64,000 nucleotides of DNA, taken from the NCBI GenBank assembly GCA_965140415.1, contig OZ223209.1:864001-928000 (forward strand), in the 5' to 3' direction. Under the pieces are notes generated by a model. It was given only the letters and a program-made list of their open reading frames with translations. It did no database searches and was not told the DNA's origin. Origin of the DNA: Myxococcota bacterium. Its GTDB lineage: Bacteria; Myxococcota_A; SURF-8. The translations under genes were made by a program, and so were the position numbers. This document shows, piece by piece, positions 12,030 to 23,146 of this stretch (its first letter is position 1; every line of letters starts with the position of its first letter).

Positions 12030-14330
12030 ATGCGAAAAACAAACACAACGGGAAGGCTCCTGGGGCTGGTGCTTGCACTGATGCTCGTGCTCGGCAGTCT
12101 TCCGATTGCCGAGGCTGCTGAAACAGCCAGAATCGAGGGGCGTTATTACAACGGGCGCGCACCCAGTATTCAGAAACTGGAAGAGCCGCGTTGGGGCGTT
12201 ATCGATTTGGAAGAGCACCTGTTTATTGCCAAAGACCTGACGTTGAACGGTATCGCAGGTTACTATCGGCTTGATTTCTCGATTCCGAGAACCTGGAAGC
12301 CGGTGGATGGTAGCAAGCTGGAGCTGGTTTTGTCGCATAGTCCTTCCTTGATTCCCGCGCTCAGTTCCGCGCGCGTGATTCTGAACGGTACCGTGATTTA
12401 CACGGTGCGACTGGACGAGGGAAATCAACTCGCCACCAAGTACATCATCGAAATTCCGACGGATCAGCTGAAGGAATTCAACGCCCTGGAATTGGTTGCG
12501 AATCAGCACTACATGATCGAGTGCGAGGATCCGTTCGATCCGACGTTGTGGACGGCTGTGTCCAAGAACAGCAAAATTCACGTTCATTATCGTCCCGTGG
12601 CTCCGTTTGTGGACCTGGCCGCTTATCCCTACCCGATTTTCGACGAGTGGGATTTCTCGCGCACCATGTTGCACTTTGTGTTGCCTTCGCAGCCTTCCGC
12701 CCAAACGCTGCGTTCGATTGCCCGTTTGCAGGTCGCCTTGGGGCGTCAGATCAACTGGCGCAAAGTCGATTTCGATGTCACTACCGTAACACCGACAACT
12801 TATAATGGACATACGGTGCTGGTGGGAACGCCGGATGAGAACCCGGCCATCATGGCCTTGATGGATCTACCTCCGGAAAAACAGTTCCCATTGATGTTGG
12901 AACGCGGGCGCGGGTTCTCCACCCCAGGCGGAACCCGTGTGGGCGACAGCGAAGGTGTGTTGATCTTTACCTATCATCCTGAAAATCCTGATCTTTCCTT
13001 GCTGATCGTTTCGGGTAACACGCCCGCCGGTGTCGAGAAAGCCATCGAAGCCTTGGCGGTGCTCCCCTACGAGCGTGGCATCAACGGTCAGGCGCTGGTC
13101 GTGCAGAGCGTGCAACCGCGCCCGCAAGTTGAGGAACGTATAAAGGAAACCCACATTCCTTTGAAAGACGAGTTTACACTTGAAGAGATCGGCTTCGATG
13201 ATTTGACCGTACGCGGTTTCTATGCCTCGCCGATTATGTTGGATCTGCTGGAACATGCGGATGCGCATCCCGTCGATTTCAAGCAGAAATTCAAGCTGGT
13301 GTATTCCTACGGCGCACAGTTGCAGAACCGCTTGTCTTCGTTGGAAATCGTGTTCAATGGAGTCTCGATCGGGTCGAAAAACCTGAACAATCCCGAAGGT
13401 GAAAACCTGGCCGAACTGACGGTGGATATTCCGGCACGATTGATTGCGCCGCACAACCGCCTGGTCATCCGTTTCCACCTGTACCCGGACAACTTCTTCT
13501 ATTGTGGCCGCACCGGCGACCGGCATCTGTGGGCGACCGTACACAAGACCTCTACACTTACCATGCCGCGTAACTTCTACACCCATCTGCCGGATCTGGG
13601 ACTGTTACGTTACGAATGGTTCCCCTACACGATGTATCAGGATTTGCAGCAGACCACGATTGTGGTGCCCGATCATCCCAGTGCAATGGACTGGGCGGGC
13701 TTGTTGACCGTTTCCAACGAACTGGGTCGCGCCACCATTTCCGATGGCATTCTGCTGGATGCTTACACCTTCTCCAACCTGCCGAGTGAAGCGAAAGCCA
13801 ACGATCACCTGATCGTGATCGATTCCAGCCCGAGCGCGGAAGTGGTTAAGAAACTGGTTGGAAATACAAGGCTCTACTACAATTCCGAAACCAACCGCGT
13901 GATGAAGACCATCGAAGACCGCGAGCTGAAATCGATCCATTTCGCCACGGCGGGTATCATCGAGCAGATTGTGTCCCCGTTCAACGAGGAACGCACGGTG
14001 TTGTTGCTGCGCGGACAGGATGACGAATCCTTGAAGCAGGCGTTGGAATCGGTTGCCGATCCGGCCAAGCGCGCCAAACTGGAAGACAACCTGGCTTTCG
14101 CCTATTCGGATGAAAACCTGAAATCGGTGAAAACCGCAGATAAAAAACTCTTTGGAAAACTGCCGGTTAAAGAAGAAACGCAACGCTGGGTTTACTTGAA
14201 TTTCTGGCAGACGGCGTTATTGATCATCGTCGCCTTTATCCTGATTTACATCATCGTGGCCGTCATTCGTCTGATTGCCCGCCGCCGCCGTGAAAGCCGT
14301 CGGAGAATCAGCGATAAAGATCTTAGATAA
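12030..14330 (+). CDS. BcsB-like periplasmic co-polymerase with C-terminal membrane anchor
   Basis: ATG 12030 after GAGG; signal peptide MRKTN..PIAEA; duplicated jelly-roll + flavodoxin-like units (SHSPSL..S..LNG; CEDPFDPTLW; DLAAYPYP; second unit LPDLG..FPYT); single C-terminal TM helix followed by RRRRESRRR. Confidence 0.8.
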   Translation: MRKTNTTGRLLGLVLALMLVLGSLPIAEAAETARIEGRYYNGRAPSIQKLEEPRWGVIDLEEHLFIAKDLTLNGIAGYYRLDFSIPRTWKPVDGSKLELVLSHSPSLIPALSSARVILNGTVIYTVRLDEGNQLATKYIIEIPTDQLKEFNALELVANQHYMIECEDPFDPTLWTAVSKNSKIHVHYRPVAPFVDLAAYPYPIFDEWDFSRTMLHFVLPSQPSAQTLRSIARLQVALGRQINWRKVDFDVTTVTPTTYNGHTVLVGTPDENPAIMALMDLPPEKQFPLMLERGRGFSTPGGTRVGDSEGVLIFTYHPENPDLSLLIVSGNTPAGVEKAIEALAVLPYERGINGQALVVQSVQPRPQVEERIKETHIPLKDEFTLEEIGFDDLTVRGFYASPIMLDLLEHADAHPVDFKQKFKLVYSYGAQLQNRLSSLEIVFNGVSIGSKNLNNPEGENLAELTVDIPARLIAPHNRLVIRFHLYPDNFFYCGRTGDRHLWATVHKTSTLTMPRNFYTHLPDLGLLRYEWFPYTMYQDLQQTTIVVPDHPSAMDWAGLLTVSNELGRATISDGILLDAYTFSNLPSEAKANDHLIVIDSSPSAEVVKKLVGNTRLYYNSETNRVMKTIEDRELKSIHFATAGIIEQIVSPFNEERTVLLLRGQDDESLKQALESVADPAKRAKLEDNLAFAYSDENLKSVKTADKKLFGKLPVKEETQRWVYLNFWQTALLIIVAFILIYIIVAVIRLIARRRRESRRRISDKDLR

Positions 14331-14362
14331 GTCGAGAGACTCATTGCATTAGGTCATTTTGG

Positions 14363-14399
14363 GCGACGGTTCCTCTGGCAGGAGCCGTCGCTTTTTTTT
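14363..14399 (+). terminator. Rho-independent terminator closing the wecB-bcsB-like operon
   Basis: GCGACGGTTCCT / AGGAGCCGTCGC stem followed by T8. Confidence 0.88.
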
Positions 14400-14570
14400 C
14401 GGTGATGCTTCACGTTGTTTCGTGGTGTAGCGTACTGCATTTTGGAATATCACGACGCAACTTTTCGCTTGACGCAAAGTGAGAAAATCCGCGTTTTTCC
14501 CTCATTTTTTCCTTGATTTTTGCTGCTTGCTGACTACAATATTTTTGCATCTAGGTCTGGTGTTGAGATC

Positions 14571-14596
14571 AGGTGGGCTTTCAGGCCCACTTTTTT
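14571..14596 (+). promoter_or_regulatory. rimP leader hairpin / attenuator
   Basis: GTGGGC-TTTCAG-GCCCAC-TTTTTT about 30 nt upstream of rimP; matches the hairpin-plus-U-tract commonly found before rimP-nusA-infB. Confidence 0.7.
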
Positions 14597-14627
14597 ATTG
14601 GGTTTCACACCGTTTTGGGAGAAGGTG

Positions 14628-15128
14628 TTGGCATCGCAGGCTCACAATTTGACGGAGCGACTTACACAGTTGCTCGAACCGACGATACAGGCCGAAGGAT
14701 TGGAACTGTGGGCGTTGGAGCATAGCGGTGGAAGTGGCCGATTGACGTTGCGGGTATATCTGGAAAGCCCCAACGGCGTTACGGTCGACGATTGCGCCCG
14801 TATCAGCCGGGCGCTTGGTGCCTTGCTGGATGTGGACGATCCCATCGCCGGGCGTTACAACCTGGAGGTGTCGTCTCCCGGTATCAATCGCGTTCTGGTC
14901 AAGCCGGAGCATTTCAAGCGATTTATCGGCGAGCGGGTGCGCGTTAAAACACGACGCCCGGTGTTGGATAACATGAAGAATTGTTTGGGCATCCTTTCCG
15001 AGTTTCATGAGGAACCGCCCGCAATCACGGTGCAGACCGAGCAAGGAGATGCTCGGATTAACCTTGGCGACATCGTCAAGGCTATGATTGATTTTCCGTT
15101 CGAAGACGTGCCGGTGCCAAAACGATAA
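14628..15128 (+). CDS. rimP: Ribosome maturation factor RimP (start TTG 14628 or GTG 14625)
   Basis: GVTVDDCARISR, YNLEVSSPGINRVL; GGAGA RBS at 14618. Confidence 0.93.
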   Translation: MASQAHNLTERLTQLLEPTIQAEGLELWALEHSGGSGRLTLRVYLESPNGVTVDDCARISRALGALLDVDDPIAGRYNLEVSSPGINRVLVKPEHFKRFIGERVRVKTRRPVLDNMKNCLGILSEFHEEPPAITVQTEQGDARINLGDIVKAMIDFPFEDVPVPKR

Positions 15129-15156
15129 ACCGGCGAAGCATTAGGAGATAACAACG

Positions 15157-16887
15157 ATGCTGCCTAACCTCAACTATCTGATCGAGCAGGTCGGGAAAGA
15201 CAAAGGCATCCCCAAGGATATCATCATTCAAACCCTTGAAGAGGCGATGCTCAAGGCGGCCCAGAAGAAATACGGACTGGAAGAAGACATCGAAGCCCAG
15301 TTCAACGAGGAACTGGGCGAGGTGGAGTTGTTCCATTTCAAAGCGGTGGTTGACATTGTTGAAGACGAGCACACGGAAATCGCCGTAGCCGAAGCCCAAC
15401 AGCTCGATCCGGATGCCATGGTCGGTGATTCGATCGGTATCAAATTGGATAATGAGGATTTCGGGCGTATCGCAGCGCAGGTGGCCAAGCAGGTCATTAT
15501 TCAGCGAGTGCGTGCCGCCGAGCGTGAACATATTTTCAACGACTACAAAGATCGCAAGCACGATCTGATCGCCGGTACCGTGCGGCGTGTGGAACGCGGC
15601 AACATCATTGTGGATCTTGGACGTACGGAAGGCATTCTGTATGCCAAGGATCAGTCTCCGCGCGAGACCTTCCGTCAGCATGACCGCATTCTGGCGTTTG
15701 TGTTGGATGTCACGACAACCACAAAAGGACCGCAGATCATCCTGTCCCGCACCGATATCGGTCTGCTGATGAAACTGTTCGAAATGGAAGTTCCCGAGAT
15801 CGCCGAGGGTATCGTGCAGATCGTAAGCGCGGCGCGTGAACCGGGCAGCCGCAGCAAGATCGCCGTTATTTCGCGTGATAGCGATGTCGACCCGGTCGGC
15901 GCCTGTGTCGGTATGAAGGGAACGCGCGTTCAGAATATCGTGCAAGAACTGCGCGGAGAGAAAATCGATATCGTTACCTACAACTCCGATCCCGTTCGTT
16001 ACGTCTGTAACGCCCTGGCCCCCGCTGTCGTCAGCCAGGTGCTGATCGATGAAGAAGCGCATGCCATGGAAATCACCGTGCCCGATGACCAGCTTTCACT
16101 GGCGATCGGTAAGCGCGGTCAGAACGTGCGCCTGGCTTCGCAGTTGAGTGGTTGGAAGATCGACATTCAGAGTGAGTCCAAGGTCGAGAAGATGGCCGAG
16201 CAGGCTCGCGAGACCTTCCAGCGCATCGATGGTGTGGACGATGAACTGGCCAGCACCTTGACACGGCTCGGGTTCTTGTCCCTCGAAGATATCATTCGGG
16301 CGGATATGGACGATTTGCGCATCATCCCCGGCTTGAATGACAACAGGGCGGATGATTTGGTTGCATTGGCTACTGCCTTGCAGGAAGAAATGCGTGCGAA
16401 CCGTGAAATCGTTGATGACGAGCGCGGTGGTGAACGACGCAAAGCGGCTGCGGCCAAACCCAAGTCCGCTTCCGCTCCGAACGACGGTCGCCCGGAATTG
16501 ATGCGATTGAAGAACATGGACGAGGAATTGATGGAGCGGCTCAAAGAAGCCGGCTACTACACCATCCAGGATGTTATTGATGCCGACTTCGATCCGAAGG
16601 ATTTTTCGGAGAAGTTCGATGTTTCCATGCGCAAGACGCGCGCGATTCTGCATTCCGCCAAGCAGAGAACCGATTCTCCGGATGCGGATGCTGCTGAAGA
16701 CGGCGCTGAGGACGCGAAGCAAGATGCGACTGCGGAAGCTACGGAAGCAGCGGTAGCCGAAGAGGCTTCGGCAGAGGAAAGCGCCGAGGCTGCGGAAACG
16801 GAAGCCGCCGAGGAAAGTCCCGTTGAAGATGCAACGGAACCGACCGAGTCGGATGCTTCTGAGGCGACGGAGAAGGAAGAGGCGTAG
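15157..16887 (+). CDS. nusA: Transcription termination/antitermination factor NusA
   Basis: [14 protein letters not shown]1 and KH domains ([34 protein letters not shown]), two HhH-like domains, acidic tail. Confidence 0.98.
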   Translation: MLPNLNYLIEQVGKDKGIPKDIIIQTLEEAMLKAAQKKYGLEEDIEAQFNEELGEVELFHFKAVVDIVEDEHTEIAVAEAQQLDPDAMVGDSIGIKLDNEDFGRIAAQVAKQVIIQRVRAAEREHIFNDYKDRKHDLIAGTVRRVERGNIIVDLGRTEGILYAKDQSPRETFRQHDRILAFVLDVTTTTKGPQIILSRTDIGLLMKLFEMEVPEIAEGIVQIVSAAREPGSRSKIAVISRDSDVDPVGACVGMKGTRVQNIVQELRGEKIDIVTYNSDPVRYVCNALAPAVVSQVLIDEEAHAMEITVPDDQLSLAIGKRGQNVRLASQLSGWKIDIQSESKVEKMAEQARETFQRIDGVDDELASTLTRLGFLSLEDIIRADMDDLRIIPGLNDNRADDLVALATALQEEMRANREIVDDERGGERRKAAAAKPKSASAPNDGRPELMRLKNMDEELMERLKEAGYYTIQDVIDADFDPKDFSEKFDVSMRKTRAILHSAKQRTDSPDADAAEDGAEDAKQDATAEATEAAVAEEASAEESAEAAETEAAEESPVEDATEPTESDASEATEKEEA

Positions 16888-17532
16888 ATGTCTTCCGGGA
16901 AGCGACCGGTTCCGCAGCGTACTTGTGTGGGTTGCGGAAAGGAATTCGACCAGGATCGACTGATCCGACTGGTTGCTTCGCCGGAAGGTGTGATAGAAAT
17001 CGATTATGGGCGAAGGCTGCCCGGGCGTGGAGCGTATCTGTTCCCCAACCGGCGCTGCTTTGAACGTGCCCAGGGTGGCAAAGGTTTTTTTCGATCGTTG
17101 AGACAAAAAAACCTGGTCTTTGAAACTGAACGCTTGTGGGACAACCTGAAGCGGATCAATCGTGAGCGATTGTTGCAGGATCTGGCGCTGGCGAACAAGG
17201 CTGGTGCCGTGATTTCGGGCGGCAATAACGTATCGGTTGAATTGAAGCGAGGAAAACGTGGCGTACTGCTAATTGCCGAGGATGCCTCGGACAATAGCCG
17301 CGATCGCTTTGAAAGCAAAGGGCGGGGTCTGGAATTGACCGTTCTGCGAGCTTTGAATAGGGACGAAATCGGCCATGTGTTGGGGAAAGCCCCACGCGCG
17401 GTCGTACTGGTGGTGCAGCAGGCATTCGCCGATAAGATCATACGGGATGGCGCGATTTACGAAGCGATTAGCCATCGTGTGGATTGCCAATTTGAAAGAG
17501 GTAGGGCGCATGGGCAAACGGCGAGCATATGA
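16888..17532 (+). CDS. YlxR (DUF448/RnpM)-L7Ae (YlxQ) fusion protein
   Basis: PQRTCVGC...LIRLV...PGRGAY followed by LALANKAGAVISG...LLIAEDAS...IGHVLGK; between nusA and infB. Confidence 0.88.
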   Translation: MSSGKRPVPQRTCVGCGKEFDQDRLIRLVASPEGVIEIDYGRRLPGRGAYLFPNRRCFERAQGGKGFFRSLRQKNLVFETERLWDNLKRINRERLLQDLALANKAGAVISGGNNVSVELKRGKRGVLLIAEDASDNSRDRFESKGRGLELTVLRALNRDEIGHVLGKAPRAVVLVVQQAFADKIIRDGAIYEAISHRVDCQFERGRAHGQTASI

Positions 17533-20473
17533 GCTCATCAAGGAACTTGGGATCGAATTCGACGAACTGACGACGATCGCCGACAAGGCCGGAGTGGTCA
17601 TCAAAAACAAGATGGCCGGCGTGCAGGACGATGAAGTCGATAAGATCATGCAGGTGATCGAACAGGCCAAGAGCGAGCAGGTCGTTGAGAAGCGGGTAGC
17701 CAAGGGTGTCATTCGCCGTAGAGCGGTGGTGCGCAAGGCAAAAGCCGTTCCCAAGCCGGTGGTGGAAGAACCGTCTGTTTCGGAAGAAGAAACGGATGAA
17801 GTGGATTCGTCTGCCGAAATGGCTGTGACCGAATCCGATACATCGGAAGAGCAGGCAACGGAAGTCGCCACCGAGCAGCTGGACGAAAGTGTCGACAGCT
17901 CGGAGGAAGAACCTTCTGATTCCGAACAAGATTCTACGGAGCCGACAGAGGCGGAAACCGCAGAAGCCACAGAAGCTGTCGAGCAAGTGCAAGAACCCGA
18001 GCCGGTTGAGCCTCCGGAGGTTGCGCCGGTATCGGAAGAAGCGCCGAAGCCGGAACCGGAGAAGGAAGAAGCTGCTGCTCAGGTCACTTCCGAGGACGAG
18101 GCCCAGGTTGAAAGCGTAGAAGAAGAGAAATCGGAACCGGTTGCCGAGCAAGAGGCGAAACCGGAAGCCGAGGCTGCTGCTGAACCGAAGAAGAAAACCA
18201 AAGCGGATAAAAAAGCGAAAGCCGATACCAAAGAGTCGGCAGAAGAAACGAAAGAAGAACCCAAGAAGCGCAAGCCCAAGAAAACCCGCACGATTTCTAC
18301 AATTGTCAAGCGTATCGATCTGGACGATCTGGAGCCCGCGCAAAGAACGCCGCTCAATCGTCGTCGTCCGGGTCCTGGCGGGGGACGGCCACAGCAACGC
18401 CCCGGTGCTTCTTCCAATGCTCCTTCGAGATCGGCATCGCGTAACAACGTGATGAACGGTCCGGTCGAGATTGCTCCCCCGATCATGGATGGGGGCAGAC
18501 GGCGTGGTAAAGACTTCGGTGGAGGTGATCCCTTCTCACGCGATGACCGTCGTAAAAGAGGCAAAGGGACTCGCAAGCGACAGGTGATCGACGATAGTTA
18601 TCTCAATCGTCGTGGTCGCGGCGGTAAAGGCAAAAGGGGACGTTACGTTGAGGATGAGTTCGTTCAAACTCAGATCACCGTTCCCAAGGCCAGCAAACGT
18701 ATCATCAAGTTGGCGACGGATACGATTATTGTTTCCGAACTGGCCAAGCGCATGGGAATCAAGGCGACGGCCATTATCAAGGCGTTGATTCAGATGGGCC
18801 TGCAAGTGAATATGAACCAGGCTATCGATCTGGATACGGCAATGCTGGTTGCCAATGACTTCGGCTACGAAGTCGAAAACGTGGCTTTCGAGGAAGACCA
18901 GATTCTAAGCATTTCCGAGCAGGACGATTCGGGCGAAATGCTTCCTCGGTCCCCGGTCGTTACGGTAATGGGCCACGTCGATCACGGAAAAACCAGTATT
19001 TTGGATTATATCCGCAAAGCGAATGTTGCCGGTGGTGAGGCCGGTGGTATCACGCAGCATATCGGTGCGTATGTGGTACGCCGCAGCAGCGGAAGCATTA
19101 CGTTTATCGATACGCCGGGGCATGAGGCGTTTACCTCCATGCGTGCTCGCGGTGCGCAGGTAACGGATATTGTCGTGTTGGTTGTGGCGGCGGATGATGG
19201 CATCATGCCGCAGACGATCGAGGCGATCAATCACGCCAAGGCGGCCAAGGTTCCGATTATTGTCGCCATTAACAAAATCGACAAACCCAATGCCAATTCG
19301 GCTCATGTACGTCAGCAGTTGATGATGCACGAACTGATTCCGGAAGACTTGGGTGGCGATACGATTATCGTGGAAGTGAGCGCCAAAACCGGGCAGAACA
19401 TCGATCAGTTGCTGGAGATGATTCTGCTACAGGCGGAAGTGCTGGAATTACAGGCCAATCCCAAGCGCGAGCAGGGTGAAGGTATCGTGATCGAAGGTAA
19501 GTTGGATCGCGGTCGCGGACCCGTTGGTACCGTGTTGGTTCAGCAGGGTACATTCCGCGTAGGCGATTACTTCGTGAGCGGCGCGCAGACCTCCAAGATC
19601 AAGGCCATGATCGACGATCTGGGACAGCGTGTGGAAGAAGCCGGTCCGGCTACTCCGGTTGAAATTTTAGGTTTCAATGAAGTGCCGACTTCCGGTGAAA
19701 TGTTCAATACGCTTAAAGACGAGAAGCAGGCCAAGATGATCGCGGAAAACCGCTATCGCAAGAAGCGGGAGCAGGAACTGGCCAAGACTTCACGCGTGAG
19801 CCTGGAAGAACTGGTGCAGCGCGCCAAAGAGGGTGAACTGACCACCTTGTCCCTGGTTGTCAAAGGTGACGTGCAGGGAACGGTTGAAGCGTTACGCGAT
19901 ACGTTGGAGAAAGAAAGCAGCGACGAAGTCAAAGTGGACATCATTTCCACGGGCGTCGGCGGCATCACCGAAAGCGATGTGCTCTTTGCCAGCGCTTCCA
20001 AGGCTTTGATCGTCGGTTTCAATGTACGTGCGGAATCCAAAGCCCAGGTGCTGGCCGAATCCGAAGGTGTGGAGATTCGAAACTATTCGGTCATTTACGA
20101 TGTCGTCGAAGACATCCGTGCCGTCGTGCTCGGCCTTGCGGCTCCGAAACTGCGCGAAGAGGTTGTGGGTCACATCGATGTGCGCGAAACCTTTACCATT
20201 CCGAAGATCGGAACCATTGCGGGTTCCTATATTCTGGACGGCAAAGTACATCGCGACAGCCAGGTGCGCTTGTTGCGCGACAACGTGGTCATCTACACCG
20301 GCAAGATCGGTTCGTTGCGGCGCTTCAAGGAAGATGTGGCGGAAGTCGCATCCGGTTTTGAGTGCGGCGTCGGTATCGACGGATATAACGATGTTCATGT
20401 GGGTGACAAGATCGAGGTTTTCCGCACGGTGGAAGTGCCTCCCTCGGCCAAGCTTCCCCAGAACATAGGATGA
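17510..20473 (+). CDS. infB: Translation initiation factor IF-2
   Basis: ATG 17510 after [34 protein letters not shown]. Confidence 0.98.
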   Translation: MGKRRAYELIKELGIEFDELTTIADKAGVVIKNKMAGVQDDEVDKIMQVIEQAKSEQVVEKRVAKGVIRRRAVVRKAKAVPKPVVEEPSVSEEETDEVDSSAEMAVTESDTSEEQATEVATEQLDESVDSSEEEPSDSEQDSTEPTEAETAEATEAVEQVQEPEPVEPPEVAPVSEEAPKPEPEKEEAAAQVTSEDEAQVESVEEEKSEPVAEQEAKPEAEAAAEPKKKTKADKKAKADTKESAEETKEEPKKRKPKKTRTISTIVKRIDLDDLEPAQRTPLNRRRPGPGGGRPQQRPGASSNAPSRSASRNNVMNGPVEIAPPIMDGGRRRGKDFGGGDPFSRDDRRKRGKGTRKRQVIDDSYLNRRGRGGKGKRGRYVEDEFVQTQITVPKASKRIIKLATDTIIVSELAKRMGIKATAIIKALIQMGLQVNMNQAIDLDTAMLVANDFGYEVENVAFEEDQILSISEQDDSGEMLPRSPVVTVMGHVDHGKTSILDYIRKANVAGGEAGGITQHIGAYVVRRSSGSITFIDTPGHEAFTSMRARGAQVTDIVVLVVAADDGIMPQTIEAINHAKAAKVPIIVAINKIDKPNANSAHVRQQLMMHELIPEDLGGDTIIVEVSAKTGQNIDQLLEMILLQAEVLELQANPKREQGEGIVIEGKLDRGRGPVGTVLVQQGTFRVGDYFVSGAQTSKIKAMIDDLGQRVEEAGPATPVEILGFNEVPTSGEMFNTLKDEKQAKMIAENRYRKKREQELAKTSRVSLEELVQRAKEGELTTLSLVVKGDVQGTVEALRDTLEKESSDEVKVDIISTGVGGITESDVLFASASKALIVGFNVRAESKAQVLAESEGVEIRNYSVIYDVVEDIRAVVLGLAAPKLREEVVGHIDVRETFTIPKIGTIAGSYILDGKVHRDSQVRLLRDNVVIYTGKIGSLRRFKEDVAEVASGFECGVGIDGYNDVHVGDKIEVFRTVEVPPSAKLPQNIG

Positions 20474-20477
20474 TGTA

Positions 20478-20855
20478 ATGACCAGACGGCCCGATTTCAA
20501 GCGCAATCAGCGGTTGAACCGCCTGCTTAAAGAAGAGTTGAGCTCCTTATTGGGTCGGGAAGTGCGAGATCCGCGCGTGATGGATATCGTGCTTACCGAT
20601 GTCGAATGCACTGAAGATTTAAAGCACGCCAAGATTTACTACTCTACCCATCATAGTGACAAAGAAACGCGCGAGCGCATTCAGCAGGGGCTCAACAATA
20701 CGGCTGCGTTTCTGCGCGGGCGACTGGGCGCGAATTTGCGCATCAGGCGCGCACCGGAACTGGCATTTATTCTGGACCCCGCATTAGACTATGGGGAACG
20801 TATCGAAAGCACGCTTCGTAAGATCAAAGAGGAGACCAACGATGACGGTGCCTAG
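20478..20855 (+). CDS. rbfA: Ribosome-binding factor A
   Basis: VRDPR, DLKHAKIY, FLRGRLG..LRIRRAPELAF..D. Confidence 0.95.
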   Translation: MTRRPDFKRNQRLNRLLKEELSSLLGREVRDPRVMDIVLTDVECTEDLKHAKIYYSTHHSDKETRERIQQGLNNTAAFLRGRLGANLRIRRAPELAFILDPALDYGERIESTLRKIKEETNDDGA

Positions 20856-21852
20856 AGGGTTGGTTGAACGGCTGCGCGAGGCTAAACGAGTATTATTGCT
20901 GAGTCACCTCAACCCTGACTTCGATACCGCTGCCAGTACCCTGGCCATGATGTTAGCGCTACAGAAAATGGGGAAGGAAGTTGTGGCCTACAATGGCGAC
21001 GGCCTACCTCCGAACATGGGCTTTCTGCCGGGTAGCGAGCAGATGGTTTCCAAGCTGCACCCCAGAAAACGTTTCGATACCACCGTTACGCTGGATGCTT
21101 CCAGCCCCGACCGTTTCGGCGAGCATCTGTTTAACGGTGACAGCCGGGAACGGCTGGGTACGATTTTAAAGGTCGATCATCATTTGAATGGCGACTCGTT
21201 CGGCGATCACGATTACGTGGATTCCAACCGTGCTTCTACCGGTGAACTGGTGGTGGATGTGCTGCATGCCTATCCGGTAGAGATCGATTACGATATCGCC
21301 CTGAATCTGTACGTGGCCATCGTCAGCGATACGGGCGGGTTCCGGTATTCCAACACCAATAGCGATTCTTTCCGTTGCGCCGGTGAAATGCTGGAGCACG
21401 GCGTCAATCCCTGGGATGTAACGACCAAGCTGTTTGAAAGTCGTCCGTTGGCGGAATTGAAGCTGTTATCCTTGGCGCTGGATACCCTGAATGTGTCCGA
21501 TTGCGGCCAGTACGCGACGCTGTTTATCAGTCGAGAGATGTTCGATAAGAGCGGGGCGCAAGAATGGATGACCGACGGCTTCATCAATTACGCTCGCGCC
21601 ATCGACGGCGTAGAGGTGGCGGTGTTGATTCGCGATACCAAGACCCCGGGTACGCTGAAAGCCAGCTTCCGTTCGAAAGGCTCGGTCAACGTGGCGGCCA
21701 TCGCAAAATCACTGGGCGGTGGCGGACACCATAACGCGGCGGGTTGCTCGATCAAGGGTGATTTCGCTACGGTTCAGGCCAAGCTGAAAAAGAAAATCGA
21801 AGCCAAACTTCCCAAACCCTGCAAGAACGGCAGCAAAAGCAAGAAGGCTTAG
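20842..21852 (+). CDS. nrnA: DHH/DHHA1 phosphoesterase (bifunctional oligoribonuclease/PAP phosphatase)
   Basis: SHLNPDFD, VDHH, SDTGGFRY, SFRS, GGGGHHNAAG; ATG 20842 after GAGGAG. Confidence 0.9.
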   Translation: MTVPRGLVERLREAKRVLLLSHLNPDFDTAASTLAMMLALQKMGKEVVAYNGDGLPPNMGFLPGSEQMVSKLHPRKRFDTTVTLDASSPDRFGEHLFNGDSRERLGTILKVDHHLNGDSFGDHDYVDSNRASTGELVVDVLHAYPVEIDYDIALNLYVAIVSDTGGFRYSNTNSDSFRCAGEMLEHGVNPWDVTTKLFESRPLAELKLLSLALDTLNVSDCGQYATLFISREMFDKSGAQEWMTDGFINYARAIDGVEVAVLIRDTKTPGTLKASFRSKGSVNVAAIAKSLGGGGHHNAAGCSIKGDFATVQAKLKKKIEAKLPKPCKNGSKSKKA

Positions 21853-21909
21853 TGGGGGATGTGAGCATCGCTCTCCGTTTTCTCTGTAATTTTTAATGTC
21901 AGTCGATGG

Positions 21910-22493
21910 GTTTAAATCCCTCGCCTTTAGGCGAAACCTTGAGGTTTTTCAATTGAGCGTGATAATGTCTTTGTCATGGAGAAATATCGCACCAGTTCGC
22001 ATTCGCGTTTCGACCTGAAGTATCACTTTGTTTGGATAACGAAGTATCGGAAACCCATTCTTTCCGGCGCGGTAGGCAAGCGACTAAGGGATTTGGTAAT
22101 TGAAGTTTGCAAGGCGAATGAGATCGAAATACTGCAAGGGCATGTAGCCAAAGATCACGTTCATCTGTTCGTGTCGTGTCCTCCGAATTTGTCTCCAAGC
22201 AAGATCATGCAGAAGATCAAAGGAAAATCGTCACGGAAACTGATGATGGAGTTCAAGCACGTGCAAAAAGCTTTCTGGGGTCGTCATTTGTGGGCGCGAG
22301 GCTACTTTGTTGCGAGCAGCGGTAATGTGACGGATGAGACGATTCAGGAATATATCCGATTGCAGGAAGAAGGGGAACCGCCGGACGGTGGAGCCAATTT
22401 CAGAGTTGAGGGCGAAGATGCGTGACGACTTGAGTCGTCACGCCGTTGAACGACCACCCATAAATCCTTCGCCTTTAGGCGAAGGTAGTTTAA
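21910..22493 (+). mobile_element. IS200-like element (TnpA only); ends approximate
   Basis: Subterminal hairpin TAAATCC(C/T)TCGCCTTTAGGCGAA present at both 21913-21935 and 22461-22483, bracketing tnpA. Confidence 0.8.
21976..22425 (+). CDS. tnpA: IS200/IS605-family HUH (Y1) transposase
   Basis: YHFVWITKYR, DHVHL (HUH), KGKSSR, LWARGYF, YIRLQ (catalytic Tyr). Confidence 0.96.
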   Translation: MEKYRTSSHSRFDLKYHFVWITKYRKPILSGAVGKRLRDLVIEVCKANEIEILQGHVAKDHVHLFVSCPPNLSPSKIMQKIKGKSSRKLMMEFKHVQKAFWGRHLWARGYFVASSGNVTDETIQEYIRLQEEGEPPDGGANFRVEGEDA

Positions 22494-23146
22494 TTCACAA
22501 TAAAAGCAAATATATCCAGCCTGTTATGAGTAACGTGTCAGGATTGGGGCCAGGTGCTTAAACTTTTAGTGTTGGAGAACAAGTCTCCAGCAATAAAAGA
22601 GATTTGTGAGCATACAACACGCTGTTACCGGTCTTGATGTAATCTCTCCATTTCCCGATCTTCAGAAAGAATAAGAATTACATGTACAAGTTAGTGCGAT
22701 TCAAACAAAGGGTTGGAATTTATGATCCATCCACAACCTAAAATCGTTGTCTCTTGCAATATTGTGAATTGTTTGTATGATTAGAAAGGGGTTGCTGTTT
22801 TATTTCGGCGGTTGAATGAGACTGTTATTCTGAAGTGAATCGGAAGAATCCTAAGTGATTTCTTCAAAGTTTTTGATTCTTTGCCAAAGCGTGGAATGAC
22901 GGTTGTTTCGTGCGAGGAAAAGCAATTTGCAACCCGGTATATATTTTAGGGACTGTTCCATCCTTTTCTGTGTCGTGTGGTAGAAGTAAGTAGTTCACAG
23001 CTAACAAATTCAGAAGTGTCAGGGAAGTGAAACCGAATTCAGCTTTCGAGCGGTTGGTTTCTTCTATCGAAGCTGAAGTACAGTAACTGGTCTCTGGTAG
23101 TTGTTTTTCGGCGAATGATCGAATCTACTGTGGGAAAGGATAGCCC

